Numbered from the stretch's first letter, positions 21,009-31,121 are shown. The stretch: 64,000 nucleotides of DNA from Chloroflexota bacterium (GCA_019456165.1 VRUJ01000002.1:54794-118793), one strand, 5' to 3'. Made by a program: numbers and translations. The notes: generated by a model from the letters alone, not told the origin.

Positions 21009-21722
21009 GTGTTTATGGATAATTCAAGAAACTGGGTTCTAGTGATAGGCATTCTTGGGATCTTGTCTTGTGCGGGTTTTTTCGTAGTTAGGACGGTCAC
21101 AAGCATAACCGGAGCATTTGATAATTTCTTAGGTCCCGATAGTGTTATCGGCGAGCAAACTAGCAAACTGAGCACAGAAATTGCCCAGGTGTTGAACCCC
21201 ACCCCCACTGTATTACCAGACCCTGTAACGATTGTCCATGAAGTGCGCTCTTTAGCACAACTCGTCACGATCCGATATTCACTTGAAAAGATTATTACCG
21301 CGGAAGTCGGCCAAGGTGCTTTTGGCTGGCTGGTCGGCGATCGGTTACTGTTCGTCGCCCATGGGGATGTCAGCGCTGGGATAGATCTAGCAAAGCTGGA
21401 CCCATCAGATTTACGCGTAGAAGACAGTGTGCTTTACGTCACATTGCCCGCCGTAGAAATATTTGTTGCGACTATTGATAACGATGAATCGTATATCTAT
21501 GAAAGGGATACAGGGCTGTTGACCAAGGGAAACGTCAATTTAGAAACAGCAGCTCGCCAGGCTGCCGAGGAAGAAATCCTCAACTCTGCTCTGGAATCTG
21601 GGATATTGGACCAAGCGCGTGTTAACGCAGAGAATTTTCTGTTTTCTTTCCTACGCAATTTAGGCTTTCCTGAGGTTATCTTCGTTCCTCCACCGACACC
21701 CACACCTGTACGCGCCCCCTAA
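21009..21722 (+). CDS. DUF4230 domain membrane-anchored protein
   Basis: N-terminal TM helix; GDVSAGIDL, VTLP, GILDQARVNAE. Confidence 0.8.
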   Translation: MFMDNSRNWVLVIGILGILSCAGFFVVRTVTSITGAFDNFLGPDSVIGEQTSKLSTEIAQVLNPTPTVLPDPVTIVHEVRSLAQLVTIRYSLEKIITAEVGQGAFGWLVGDRLLFVAHGDVSAGIDLAKLDPSDLRVEDSVLYVTLPAVEIFVATIDNDESYIYERDTGLLTKGNVNLETAARQAAEEEILNSALESGILDQARVNAENFLFSFLRNLGFPEVIFVPPPTPTPVRAP

Positions 21723-22543
21723 ATTCTTTCAATCCAAGCTGCATTAATATATTTATCTTTTATTAGCTGTTCTGTTCTGGTTAGTTCATCTCGGCTTAAA
21801 TCTCCCGGAACTAAATTTATTTCAAGATTTTGGCTGAAGGCATCCGCGAAAGTGGAGGCAGCCTCTTCCCATGTTACCTGTTTACCCAGCGCGATTTCAA
21901 CGGTTGTTGCTCGAGCTGAAAGCCTTTGCGCGGCAAGGTGACGTTCAGCATTATTATCGAAAGTTAGTACATCCGTAACCCTTTTTAGATTTCCGAATAA
22001 CGGTAAGCTTCCGTGCTGAAGTATGCCGCTCTGGCGGCGTGCTTGGGCGCTGCCGATCAGTTTTTTCCCTGCGTACAAGATTTCATAGTTCGAGGGGGTC
22101 TCGAAACATATTGGGCCATTTGGGCTGGTTTTCTGTGCGGATTTTGGATTAGGCTCTACCTGTGCAAATATTCCAAGTTGGGCTAATCCTGCCAAGAGGG
22201 TTTGTGATAGACGCTTGTAACTCGTAATAATATCCCCGGCCAGGCGTGGTTCATTTGCTGGTACGATCACAGCATATGTGAGTTCATCTGTGTGCAATAT
22301 AGCACGCCCCCCAGTGATACGCCTGACTACCTCCCACCCGTTATTTTCTAATTTGGAATGGTCAACGTCACTGATTGGCTGCGCATAGCCAAGAGTTAAA
22401 CAGGGTGGCTCCCAGGCATAAAAACGCAAAGTGGGTGATACATCTCCGTTTCCAACAGCTTCCAGGATGGCTTCGTCCACCGCCATGTTCCAGGAACCGT
22501 GTGCTGGGGCGGTTTTTAGCAAGCGCCAGTTTGGTCTTTGCAT
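21719..22543 (-). CDS. Lipoate-protein ligase family (LipM octanoyltransferase-like)
   Basis: NMAVDEA, LRFYAW, RRITGGRAILH, CFETPS, KLIGSAQ, LQHGS. Confidence 0.9.
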   Translation of the reverse strand: MQRPNWRLLKTAPAHGSWNMAVDEAILEAVGNGDVSPTLRFYAWEPPCLTLGYAQPISDVDHSKLENNGWEVVRRITGGRAILHTDELTYAVIVPANEPRLAGDIITSYKRLSQTLLAGLAQLGIFAQVEPNPKSAQKTSPNGPICFETPSNYEILYAGKKLIGSAQARRQSGILQHGSLPLFGNLKRVTDVLTFDNNAERHLAAQRLSARATTVEIALGKQVTWEEAASTFADAFSQNLEINLVPGDLSRDELTRTEQLIKDKYINAAWIERI

Positions 22544-22553
22544 CCTGTATGGC

Positions 22554-23465
22554 TCAACGAATACTGATCTGCATCATATCCCTGAGTGCTTGCTTTTCAT
22601 CCTCGGGACTTAAATCTGTTAGGGGTGGGCGTACAACCCAACGTGGAATTTCGTGCAATCCGGCCAGTAAGACTTTTATTAGCGGGGGTGTGGGTGGAAA
22701 ACGTTCGATGACATCTCGCGCGGCAGTCAGCAGCCCTTCGGACTTAGGATCTCTGGCTCCTTTTTGATGCGCCTCCCACACCCGCCTAAGGTCTGGAGAA
22801 AACAGGTTGGCTAAAGCGGTGATACAGCCTGAAGCGCCAGCGCCTAAAGCCTTACCAAAGATGCGATCGTTACCAACCATGACTGTTAATTCACCCCTAA
22901 ACTCTTCTTGCAGCATTTTTGCATGCCCGAAACTACCGGAAGAATCTTTCAACCCGCCAAACTCATCCGGATAAGCATCTTTTAGTCGTTTAATCAGCTC
23001 AACTGTCAGTGGAACGCCGGAAATTTGGGGAAAGTGATAACCTAACAACAGGCCTCCCTCTGGGACACCGTGCTCCAATACTTCACTAAACCAGGTGAAC
23101 AAACCATCTTCGCTGGCCTCCCTAAAATAATAAGGAGGCAGTACAACCACACCATCAAATCCCAAATTGAATGCAGTATTGGTCAGCCCAATAGTTTCAT
23201 CCAGGCTGGGAGTGCCGGTACCGGCAAGTAGTTTGAAATCCGGGTAATCAGTACGAATTTCTAACGCGGCTTTCCAAATCGCCTGGCGTTCACCCACCGC
23301 AATCGAGGGTCCTTCTCCGGTGGTTCCGAGCAGTAATGCCCCGTGACAACCGCGGCGCGCCAAGAAATCAAGCAAAGCCGGTACAGCTTCGATGTCGGTT
23401 GAGAAGTTTTTTTTCAATGGTGTTACCGCAGCAGCAAATACGCCTGCTATTTGTTGTGAAGTCAT
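22554..23465 (-). CDS. Dihydrodipicolinate synthase family aldolase
   Basis: GTTGEG, PPYY, YHFPQ, GLKDSSG Schiff-base lysine. Confidence 0.9.
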   Translation of the reverse strand: MTSQQIAGVFAAAVTPLKKNFSTDIEAVPALLDFLARRGCHGALLLGTTGEGPSIAVGERQAIWKAALEIRTDYPDFKLLAGTGTPSLDETIGLTNTAFNLGFDGVVVLPPYYFREASEDGLFTWFSEVLEHGVPEGGLLLGYHFPQISGVPLTVELIKRLKDAYPDEFGGLKDSSGSFGHAKMLQEEFRGELTVMVGNDRIFGKALGAGASGCITALANLFSPDLRRVWEAHQKGARDPKSEGLLTAARDVIERFPPTPPLIKVLLAGLHEIPRWVVRPPLTDLSPEDEKQALRDMMQISIR

Positions 23466-23622
23466 TATGTTTTCTTCAGGACCTTAGGATTAATTAATTT
23501 TATTATGCTATTATACCCTCCCAGCTAATCGCGCGCTATTCCAACCATTATTTACAATTTTGGAAGAAGTATGCGGTATAATTCTAATATTGATATTCCA
23601 AATCTATTCTGAGGGTAACAAG

Positions 23623-24348
23623 ATGATAATAAATCATGAATTCAGCAAAAGCCGAATTAAACTGAAGAGACCTACCTTTTACGCTTTATTCACATTGTTT
23701 ATGTTCTTGTTTGCAACCGCTTGTAGTAATGACGAACCTGGGCGCAACATCGCTTTTGTAACCCTAACACCTGATCCAAACGTGGATTTATCCCCAGAAC
23801 CGACTCCAGCCCCGACACTGGCGGGAGGATCAAATCTTACTAGTGAGCAGGTTTTCAAGATAGCAGCCGCGCGCATTCCTATTTTCCGGGATAATATTTC
23901 ACTTTCCATTCAGGTTATTGAAGCCAGGGGAGATAGATTGTTGCTTGAGGCTGCTTTCAGGAACCTTACCGAAATACCTATCATGTTCCGTGTGCCGGGA
24001 TCTGCGAGCTTTCCTCCCGAAGATGTCTGCGAATTGACCGATCTTGTCTTGGAAATCCGTAATGCGAGCGGAGCGGTTTTACCACTTTTTGAAACTGGTC
24101 TGGAGAATTGTTACCCGGATTGGGGAATAAATGATTTTACTTCCATCCGGCAAGGGGATGTGTTAGAAACGCAATTCCCGGTAATTCTTCCCAATCCTCT
24201 AGGGAATGGTTCTTACCAGATTAGCGCAGCGTACAATAATTTAGTTATTGGCCCGTATAATGTGGAAGAATGGATTGACCTAAACGCCTGGGTGGGGGTG
24301 TTGGAATCAAATAGGATTGATTTTCAAATCCCCACGCCGAGTGAGTGA
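23623..24348 (+). CDS. Hypothetical lipoprotein
   Basis: Lipobox FATAC, Pro/Thr linker, beta-rich C-terminal domain; start moved to ATG 23623. Confidence 0.6.
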   Translation: MIINHEFSKSRIKLKRPTFYALFTLFMFLFATACSNDEPGRNIAFVTLTPDPNVDLSPEPTPAPTLAGGSNLTSEQVFKIAAARIPIFRDNISLSIQVIEARGDRLLLEAAFRNLTEIPIMFRVPGSASFPPEDVCELTDLVLEIRNASGAVLPLFETGLENCYPDWGINDFTSIRQGDVLETQFPVILPNPLGNGSYQISAAYNNLVIGPYNVEEWIDLNAWVGVLESNRIDFQIPTPSE

Positions 24349-24393
24349 TAGAGACAAATTGAATAATTTTTATCACATAGATAGGGAAAGAAT

Positions 24394-24765
24394 ATGTCTA
24401 CTGAAGGTTACATATATATACTAATCAACCCTTCATTCCAAAAGGACATGCTGAAAATTGGTATGACCAGACGGAATCCCGAAGAGCGTGCGGCTGAACT
24501 ATCCAACACTACTGGAGTGCCGACTAGCTATGTTGTTGCTTATGAGGAGCAGGTTCCAAATATAGAGTTCGCAGAGGGGTTAGTTCATCAAAGATTGGAT
24601 AAGTATCGAACAAACAAGCGCAGAGAATTTTTCTCCATGCCACTAAAAATTGCAATAAATGTAGTCTCTCAAATTGCAGAAGAAGTTAGAATCATACATA
24701 AAAAAGAAGCAGCTACAGAAACAGACCCAAATGCTGGGCAATTTATACAAACTTTACATCGTTAG
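24394..24765 (+). CDS. T5orf172 / GIY-YIG superfamily domain protein
   Basis: GYIYILIN...LKIGMT...RAAELS...TGVP...E-x-x-VH...REFF. Confidence 0.88.
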   Translation: MSTEGYIYILINPSFQKDMLKIGMTRRNPEERAAELSNTTGVPTSYVVAYEEQVPNIEFAEGLVHQRLDKYRTNKRREFFSMPLKIAINVVSQIAEEVRIIHKKEAATETDPNAGQFIQTLHR

Positions 24766-24801
24766 GAGAAGAATGAATATTCAATAGATAAAGTTATAAA
24801 A

Positions 24802-25134
24802 TTGTTGTTCTATGGAGGCGGATTTGTTATCGGAATTCTTACTCTATTAATTTCCTCAATTACATTTAATAATTTTAATAGCTTCTTTGGTATTGTTTGT
24901 TTTATTTTTCTAATTTTTTCTCTTGCAGGGATATTGGCGACTCTTACAAATAACAACAGAAATGATTATGGAAATAAGGTGGATTTTCTTCTAAAGGATG
25001 TACCGCCAGGCAATTTTGATGAAGAACTCCGGGTTTTGGTGCAAAATGGAAAAAAAATAGAGGCCATAAAGAGGCTTAGGCAAACAACAAAAATGGGGTT
25101 GAAAGAAGCGAAAGATTATGTGGAAAATTTGTAA
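24802..25134 (+). CDS. Membrane protein with ribosomal L7/L12 C-terminal-like domain (start uncertain)
   Basis: Two TM helices, then KIEAIKRLRQTTKMGLKEAKDYVE. Confidence 0.75.
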   Translation: MLFYGGGFVIGILTLLISSITFNNFNSFFGIVCFIFLIFSLAGILATLTNNNRNDYGNKVDFLLKDVPPGNFDEELRVLVQNGKKIEAIKRLRQTTKMGLKEAKDYVENL

Positions 25135-25197
25135 AACTTTCTAACTACCTTACAATTCTGGTGATGCAAGTCGATTTTGCAAAACTAAACCACGAAT

Positions 25198-25330
25198 TGT
25201 CATTTCGAGTAGGACAAAACTCGGTTTTGTCCGCCGAGAAATCCCTGAAAACCGCTTTTTTAGGCTGGCTTGTCTTGAAAAACAAAGGCTTCAGGGATTC
25301 CTCACCCCCTGCAGGGGTTTCGGAATGACA
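25198..25330. repeat. Inverted pair of REP-like TGTCAT...AATCCCTGAA hairpin units
   Basis: Unit 25198-25248 (+) and unit 25290-25330 (-) share TGTCATTYYGA-hairpin-GARRAATCCCT; same family as 29834-29901 and 31137-31173. Confidence 0.85.
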
Positions 25331-25394
25331 ATCGAATTGAATTAATAATCCCGCAATATGTACCCTTTAGACAACGACCACCTGGAAATACCTG

Positions 25395-26204
25395 TCACAT
25401 CTCCCCGTATCCCCCATTTAAAAATTCTAGCACCTGTTGGTTGAAAGCTGAGGACTCTGTCAGGTGGGGGGCGTGGCCGGTCTTGCGCAGCACAAAACTC
25501 TTGGCATTGGGCATCAAATCTACCAGCCGGGGGAATGAGCGCGGAGAAAGGGTTCGGTCCTTGTCTCCCCAAATAACCAGGGTTTCTTCCTGTATGGCAT
25601 GGAGCTGGGGTGTAAGGTCCCAGGTGGTGTAAGGTGTATAGATCACGTTGGGATGAATGCGTTGGAAATCGCGCGCCACCAGGCGAACTTTTTTTGCGGG
25701 CAGTTCCTTGGCCAGGTCTATTTTCCAATTAATAAACGGGTTGAAAAAACGTCCTGGGGTAGCTTGCATGATTTTTATAGCCACGTCGGGTCGCCGCGTG
25801 TAAAAGCGCACGAAAATCGAGGTTTGCTTGGGGGAATATAATGGATCCACCAGCACAATACGTTTAACCATACCCGGCTTGCGAATGCTGAAGATCATAC
25901 TAAGGAAGGCTCCCAGGGAGTGGCCGATCAAGGTGAGTGGGTGTTTCAACTCTAAGCCCTCTATCCAACTCTCCAGATGGTTGAAAACCTGCTCTACGTG
26001 GTAAGCCTCAATATCTTCTGGTTTTAAACTATCCCCGTGGCCCAAAAGGTCTGGGGCATAAACGCTGAAACCCGCAGACACCAGGTCTGGGATAAGGCAA
26101 CCCCAATGGTTCAATGATGCAGCAAACCCGTGAAGTAAGATGACCGGCGGCCCATCGCCCTCAGAAATGTAATTAGTATGATTCTCTTTCTTTTTACTCT
26201 GCAT
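25395..26204 (-). CDS. Alpha/beta hydrolase
   Basis: HGF oxyanion motif, GHSLG nucleophile, WGDKD, GHAPH. Confidence 0.92.
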   Translation of the reverse strand: MQSKKKENHTNYISEGDGPPVILLHGFAASLNHWGCLIPDLVSAGFSVYAPDLLGHGDSLKPEDIEAYHVEQVFNHLESWIEGLELKHPLTLIGHSLGAFLSMIFSIRKPGMVKRIVLVDPLYSPKQTSIFVRFYTRRPDVAIKIMQATPGRFFNPFINWKIDLAKELPAKKVRLVARDFQRIHPNVIYTPYTTWDLTPQLHAIQEETLVIWGDKDRTLSPRSFPRLVDLMPNAKSFVLRKTGHAPHLTESSAFNQQVLEFLNGGYGEM

Positions 26205-28680
26205 AGTGTTCTTCGTAATATTTGGCTAATTCGCGGCGTAAAACCTTACCCACGAACGTGCGCGGGAATTCATCAATAAAGATTACTAATACGGGCACAA
26301 GGTCGGGCGGCAGGCGCCTCTTGCAGTATGCAATCACCGATTTTGATTTTGGCTTTTCCTTGTGAGTGATGACGAAAGCGATAGGTTTTTTTGCAATCGC
26401 CACCACGGCAGCCTCTTTGATTTGGGGAATTTCAAACAGAACTTCCTCTACGTCTCGTGGGAAAGCTGGTTTATCCGGTTTAGCTGGATACCACATGTCA
26501 GCTTTGCGTGCAATTATACGGAAATAACCCTGTTGGTCAACCTGGGCCACATCCCCAGTCAGGAGCCAACCGTCAGGCATTATCACCTGTTTGGTCGCCT
26601 TCTTGTTATTCCAATAACCCAGCATAATTTGGGGGCCGTGCACGGCCAATTCACCGATTTGCCCCACCGGCATGGCTTTCTTCGGGTTGGATAGGGATAC
26701 AATTTTCGCGTCTGTGGATGGCATAGGGATCCCGATACTGCCTACTTTCCGCATTCCATTCAAGGGGTTTGCATGCGTAACCGGAGAGGCCTCAGTGAGG
26801 CCGTATCCTTCTACAAGCCGCCCCCGAGTGAGCTTTTCGAATTCTTCTTGCACCTCCACAGGCAGTGGCGCCGAACCGCTGATACAAGCCTCAATGGAGG
26901 ATATCTTATATTTGCGCACACCTGGGAAACTGCTGATCGCTACATACATCTGCGGGACCCCAGGGAAGATGGTAGGTTTGTATTTTTTTATGGCGTTCAG
27001 AGTATCTTTTACTTCAAAATCAGCCTTCAGGATTAGGGTGGCTCCGAGAGATATACCCGTGTTCAATATCGCTGTTAGGCCGTAAGCGTGCATAAAGGGG
27101 ATGACTGCTAGAAAACGTTCTTTGCCTTCTTTTGCTTGCGGCATCCAGTGACGAGTCTGTAGGGTATTTGCTACCATGTTGCGGTGTGAGAGCATAACGC
27201 CCTTAGATTCAGCGGTAGTGCCGCCCGTGTATTGGATTACGGCGAGATCATCTGCTGAAACCCTCACTTCTATCGATTTACGGTTGTGAGAACGCAGCAA
27301 ATTTCTAAAAAGGTGCATACCTTGATGCAATTCTATCTTTAATTTGAACTCTTCCCTTTTCTTGGTGGCGAATAGCAAGCCAATGCGTTTGGATACAGGT
27401 AAATAATCGGCCACGTTAGTTAAAATTACATGTTCCAAGTCTGTTACTTTAAGCGCGCGCTGGCCAACTTCCGCCAATTGGTTTATGGTTACCAATGCCT
27501 TTGCGCCCGAATCCCTCACCTGCCGCACAGCTTCGGCTGGTTCTCGCAATGAAAGCGTAAAAACAGCCACACCGCCAACCTTTAAAACACCTAAATAAGC
27601 GATCACAAGTTGAGGCAGGTTGGGCATCAGCAGCATCACTCGATCACCTTTATCTACACCCAGAGATCGCAGGGCGTTCGCAAAGCGGTTGACTTCATGA
27701 TTCAACCTGCGGTAGGTCAGGCTTTTGCCTTCAAAAATCACAGCTTTACGGAGTGGAAATCGTCGTACTCCTGAGCGCATCAGATGATGCAAAGGCACGT
27801 TTGGAACAGAGACAGTATAAGGCACACCATGCTCGTAATGCGAAAGCCAGGGTCGGTTTACTGTTAGACCTCGGCGAACAATTTTCTCGGAACTCTGTTC
27901 TTTATCGCGCCAAGAAAGCGGGGTTTCTTCCAAAAAACGTTGGATTGCCCTATCTACAGCTTTGCGGCGTTCAAGCATCACCATGTGTCCAGAAGCGCCC
28001 ACATTCACATCCTCTGCACCCGGAATGGCGCGTACAACGTCTTTGAAGAATTCGCGCCCGAATACACGGTCACGGTGAGCCCGAATAACCAGGGTGGGTA
28101 TGGTCAAGTTCCTAAAGATGGTCCACCCAGTCCATTTTGATAGGTTATTGTCGTTCAGGGTCTTCATAACTGTCGGGGGAGCACCGAGTAGATTGCGGGT
28201 GAAAACATTTACCAAAGGGTGAGTCCAATAAGGCATCTTTAGGAGAAAACGGTAAATTGGGTTGAGGCGGAATTCTCCAGTTGTGGCGATGAGTACTAAC
28301 CGCTCAACTCTTTCAGGAAATCTGGAGGCGTATTCACTAGCAATCGCCCCGCCGAACGAATGCCCGATCAGGACGATCTTTTGATCGACCTCTAAGGAAT
28401 CTAATGCTGTTTCAATATCGGAAGTAAGCTCATCCATGGTGTATTTGCTATTGGGCTTCTCAGAAAGTCCATGACCGCGCGTGTCTAAAGCAATAACGCG
28501 GTTTTTTAGAGCAAATTCTTGGAGTTGGTAATTCCATTGAATTGCTTTTCCCCCAAAACCGTGGATAAATACAAGAGTATGTTGGGGTTGATCAGGGTGT
28601 ATATCAATCGCGGAAAGCCTGATGAGCGGATCTTCCGATACACGGACTTCGTGGCGGTATAGTTCGAGGTCAATATCCAT
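26194..28680 (-). CDS. Alpha/beta hydrolase fused to long-chain acyl-CoA ligase
   Basis: HGFGG, GHSFGG, GHMV, then YTGGTTAESKG, EGYGLTE, TGD, GKVLRR; start ATG 28680 with GGAGG RBS. Confidence 0.88.
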   Translation of the reverse strand: MDIDLELYRHEVRVSEDPLIRLSAIDIHPDQPQHTLVFIHGFGGKAIQWNYQLQEFALKNRVIALDTRGHGLSEKPNSKYTMDELTSDIETALDSLEVDQKIVLIGHSFGGAIASEYASRFPERVERLVLIATTGEFRLNPIYRFLLKMPYWTHPLVNVFTRNLLGAPPTVMKTLNDNNLSKWTGWTIFRNLTIPTLVIRAHRDRVFGREFFKDVVRAIPGAEDVNVGASGHMVMLERRKAVDRAIQRFLEETPLSWRDKEQSSEKIVRRGLTVNRPWLSHYEHGVPYTVSVPNVPLHHLMRSGVRRFPLRKAVIFEGKSLTYRRLNHEVNRFANALRSLGVDKGDRVMLLMPNLPQLVIAYLGVLKVGGVAVFTLSLREPAEAVRQVRDSGAKALVTINQLAEVGQRALKVTDLEHVILTNVADYLPVSKRIGLLFATKKREEFKLKIELHQGMHLFRNLLRSHNRKSIEVRVSADDLAVIQYTGGTTAESKGVMLSHRNMVANTLQTRHWMPQAKEGKERFLAVIPFMHAYGLTAILNTGISLGATLILKADFEVKDTLNAIKKYKPTIFPGVPQMYVAISSFPGVRKYKISSIEACISGSAPLPVEVQEEFEKLTRGRLVEGYGLTEASPVTHANPLNGMRKVGSIGIPMPSTDAKIVSLSNPKKAMPVGQIGELAVHGPQIMLGYWNNKKATKQVIMPDGWLLTGDVAQVDQQGYFRIIARKADMWYPAKPDKPAFPRDVEEVLFEIPQIKEAAVVAIAKKPIAFVITHKEKPKSKSVIAYCKRRLPPDLVPVLVIFIDEFPRTFVGKVLRRELAKYYEEHYAE

Positions 28681-28762
28681 GGCCAACCTCCTCCATTGGT
28701 AGCTTCTTCTGAGACCTCTATTGTATCCTAATTTGTTTTGATGTGTTTTATGGACTCGATGG

Positions 28763-29674
28763 TCATTCTTCTCTTGCAAAAATACCCAAATGGTTGCCGA
28801 TTGGACGTTGTTTTCCTGGTATTCTCTGATGGATCGGTGAATTGAGTACCTGGGGTTCTCCATTTTCACCCTGGATGACCAAGGTAGAAGAACCGCCCCC
28901 ATCCAGGTTGAAACCAGTGTATCCGCGGTGATCCAGCAAGATTTGAGCTAATTCAAGCATCGAAGCGCCTTCGCTGTAGCCGGGTTGGCGGCCGTCAACA
29001 ACAACGATGATCAGGCGTGTTCCTGATTGGTTAATTGCAATCGCAGTACGTGGCTGTACATCATGAGGTAGTCCTTCAATTCTCATAGCTCCGTTCCTAA
29101 TCAATAGGTTGGTGCCAGAAATTGCATTATGGATACGATTTCGTGAGGGCTGCGGATCTATGCTAGCCAAGGTGGCGCGTGAGATGTAAAGTGTGGGCTG
29201 GTTTTGAGTTGCTTCAGAATAAATTTCTCCGTTGGAAGCAGCAAGGCCATATACGTCCACATTGTTTCCAGAAAAGGGATAATAGATAAAACCTAGGTCG
29301 ATCCAGGGGGAGAAAGCATCCCCGTTTACAGCTAGCTGTAAACCGAACTCTTGCAAATACTCGGAAGTCGTGCGAGCTTCGAGTGGACGACTGGATTCTA
29401 GATCTCCGGGGGTTACTAAAACTCCAATTCCTTGGGCGCTTAAATCTACCGTAATAATGTGAATAACCATGGGGCGAGGAGAATTGCGTACCTCCCGCTC
29501 GTAAGTTATGCCTCGGAAAAGAGTTTCAACAGTTTCCTCAGGTTGTTTTGGACTGAGCAGCCTGGCAGGGACACGACAAATGATGCCAACTAGGATAATT
29601 GCCGAGAATAGAATAGCTAGTATAGCCAGACAAGAATTTCTAAACGATCTACGGAATCGATTGCGCATAGCCAC
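28763..29674 (-). CDS. Phosphodiester glycosidase (NAGPA) family protein
   Basis: AVNGD, PRTAIA, VDGRQ, NLDGGGSS; N-terminal TM helix. Confidence 0.88.
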   Translation of the reverse strand: MAMRNRFRRSFRNSCLAILAILFSAIILVGIICRVPARLLSPKQPEETVETLFRGITYEREVRNSPRPMVIHIITVDLSAQGIGVLVTPGDLESSRPLEARTTSEYLQEFGLQLAVNGDAFSPWIDLGFIYYPFSGNNVDVYGLAASNGEIYSEATQNQPTLYISRATLASIDPQPSRNRIHNAISGTNLLIRNGAMRIEGLPHDVQPRTAIAINQSGTRLIIVVVDGRQPGYSEGASMLELAQILLDHRGYTGFNLDGGGSSTLVIQGENGEPQVLNSPIHQRIPGKQRPIGNHLGIFAREE

Positions 29675-29833
29675 TTCCTTGATTGTGTTATTAACTGGCG
29701 TATTTTACCTCCTAAGGATGAAAGCCAGATTAGAATTCTCTATCTTGGATGGTTTTTATTTAAATAACCTAAATTGCCACCTTGCTATGGTTATACAAAA
29801 TTCGAACAGATTGTCCGGTTTTCAAATAATCTC

Positions 29834-29901
29834 TTCAGGGATTCTTCGGTCGAAAACCCCCGGTTTTCTCTCTCAGAATGACACAAATTTTGTCATTCTG
29901 A
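29834..29901. repeat. REP-like unit (29834-29883, minus) and left half of a second unit interrupted by IS110
   Basis: TTCAGGGATTCTTCG...TCAGAATGACA, spacer, then TGTCATTCTGA; the interrupted unit resumes at 31137. Confidence 0.85.
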
Positions 29902-29915
29902 TTACTATGACTTTG

Positions 29916-30944
29916 TCAAGACAATTTATACAATGAGGGATGAATTGAACGGTAATCAGGAATATAGGGTGTTTGCGTTTTCACCACCGCACACATGATC
30001 TTCACCAATTTATTGGCAATATTATTCAAAACCAATTTCTTAGGTTTTCCCTCTGCCACCTTTCGCAGAAAATATTTCTTGAATTGTTGCTGATGGGTAC
30101 GAACAGATAATGAAGCCAGGTAAAGAAGTTTACGGACCTTCGGGGGGCCATAATGACTTGATGAGTCCGGCTTGTATATTGAGCTCCCACTACGGTGTTC
30201 ATAAGGACAAATTCCTATGTATGCAGCCAACTGTTTTGGATTGACTGGATCATTAGGAGTATTTTCCATAATTAGCAATATATTAGCTGCGAGAAGTAAA
30301 CCGACGCCGGGAACACTCATCAACAATCTGATCATATCTCCATATTTTGGGTCTTCATCAATCAATCGTCGAATCTCTGCATCAATTTCTTTTATATTCT
30401 TCTTGATCTGATCTATGCTCCTTTCGTGCAAGGCCTCTGCCAATGGTGTCTCCACTACTTTCCGTTTTAGCGCATTTAATGCATTCAAATGCCCTGTTTT
30501 CTGCACTACATATTGCTCTCTGATCGCCAAAAACACCTTGATTTGCTCCAAGATCTCCTCTCTCGGCTTCCAATACACCAACTCATCATAAAACCGATAT
30601 GCGTATTCAGCAATCTGCTGGCTGTCCACCTGATCATTTTTATGTCCGGCTGGCATAAATGCTCGTTTTACCTTCAAAGGGGATTCAATCGCAATTGGAT
30701 ATTGCTTAGCGCTTAGAAAATATGCCAGCCTTTCCCCATACACACCGGTTGACTCCATACATAAAACCATATTATCTGCGTGGACACCATGATGCTCCAA
30801 CCACTTCAATAATTCAGTAAAGCCTTCAGGATCATTGGAAAACTCCTTTGCTGCTACTACGATTTCCCATGGCTCTTTGCCCACGGCTGCAGTGAAACTT
30901 TTTGAACTTATATCTACCCCAACATAATACTTCGGCCTTTTCAT
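29916..30944 (-). CDS. IS110 transposase/recombinase
   Basis: GVDIS (D), MESTG (E), KNDQVD (DxxD), SVPGVG, CPYEHRSGSS catalytic Ser region. Confidence 0.96.
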   Translation of the reverse strand: MKRPKYYVGVDISSKSFTAAVGKEPWEIVVAAKEFSNDPEGFTELLKWLEHHGVHADNMVLCMESTGVYGERLAYFLSAKQYPIAIESPLKVKRAFMPAGHKNDQVDSQQIAEYAYRFYDELVYWKPREEILEQIKVFLAIREQYVVQKTGHLNALNALKRKVVETPLAEALHERSIDQIKKNIKEIDAEIRRLIDEDPKYGDMIRLLMSVPGVGLLLAANILLIMENTPNDPVNPKQLAAYIGICPYEHRSGSSIYKPDSSSHYGPPKVRKLLYLASLSVRTHQQQFKKYFLRKVAEGKPKKLVLNNIANKLVKIMCAVVKTQTPYIPDYRSIHPSLYKLS

Positions 30945-30965
30945 ATTGCGCTCCTTTTCTTATTT

Positions 30966-31121
30966 TATCGAACACGGTGGATTGAACTTTCTCCATTATT
31001 AGTCTTATTTTACGTTATTACTTATTTAGCTTTATCCACACAAGAGCTGGGTCTTCATCAGAATCTAAGGTATGATCCTTTTAGCGAGCCGTAGACTTGT
31101 TCAGCCCTTGTTCGACTTACA
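30966..31121 (-). ncRNA. Predicted IS110 bridge RNA
   Basis: Closing stem TCGAACA/TGTTCGA; target loop with GGCTCGCT and ATTCTGA; donor loop with AGTAAT and TAATGGA, matching the reconstructed target and circle junction. Confidence 0.8.

Noticed and set aside
28681-28902. N-terminal 74 aa of the 902-aa ORF
   Set aside because: Overlaps the upstream gene; ATG 28680 has a good RBS and starts the hydrolase domain
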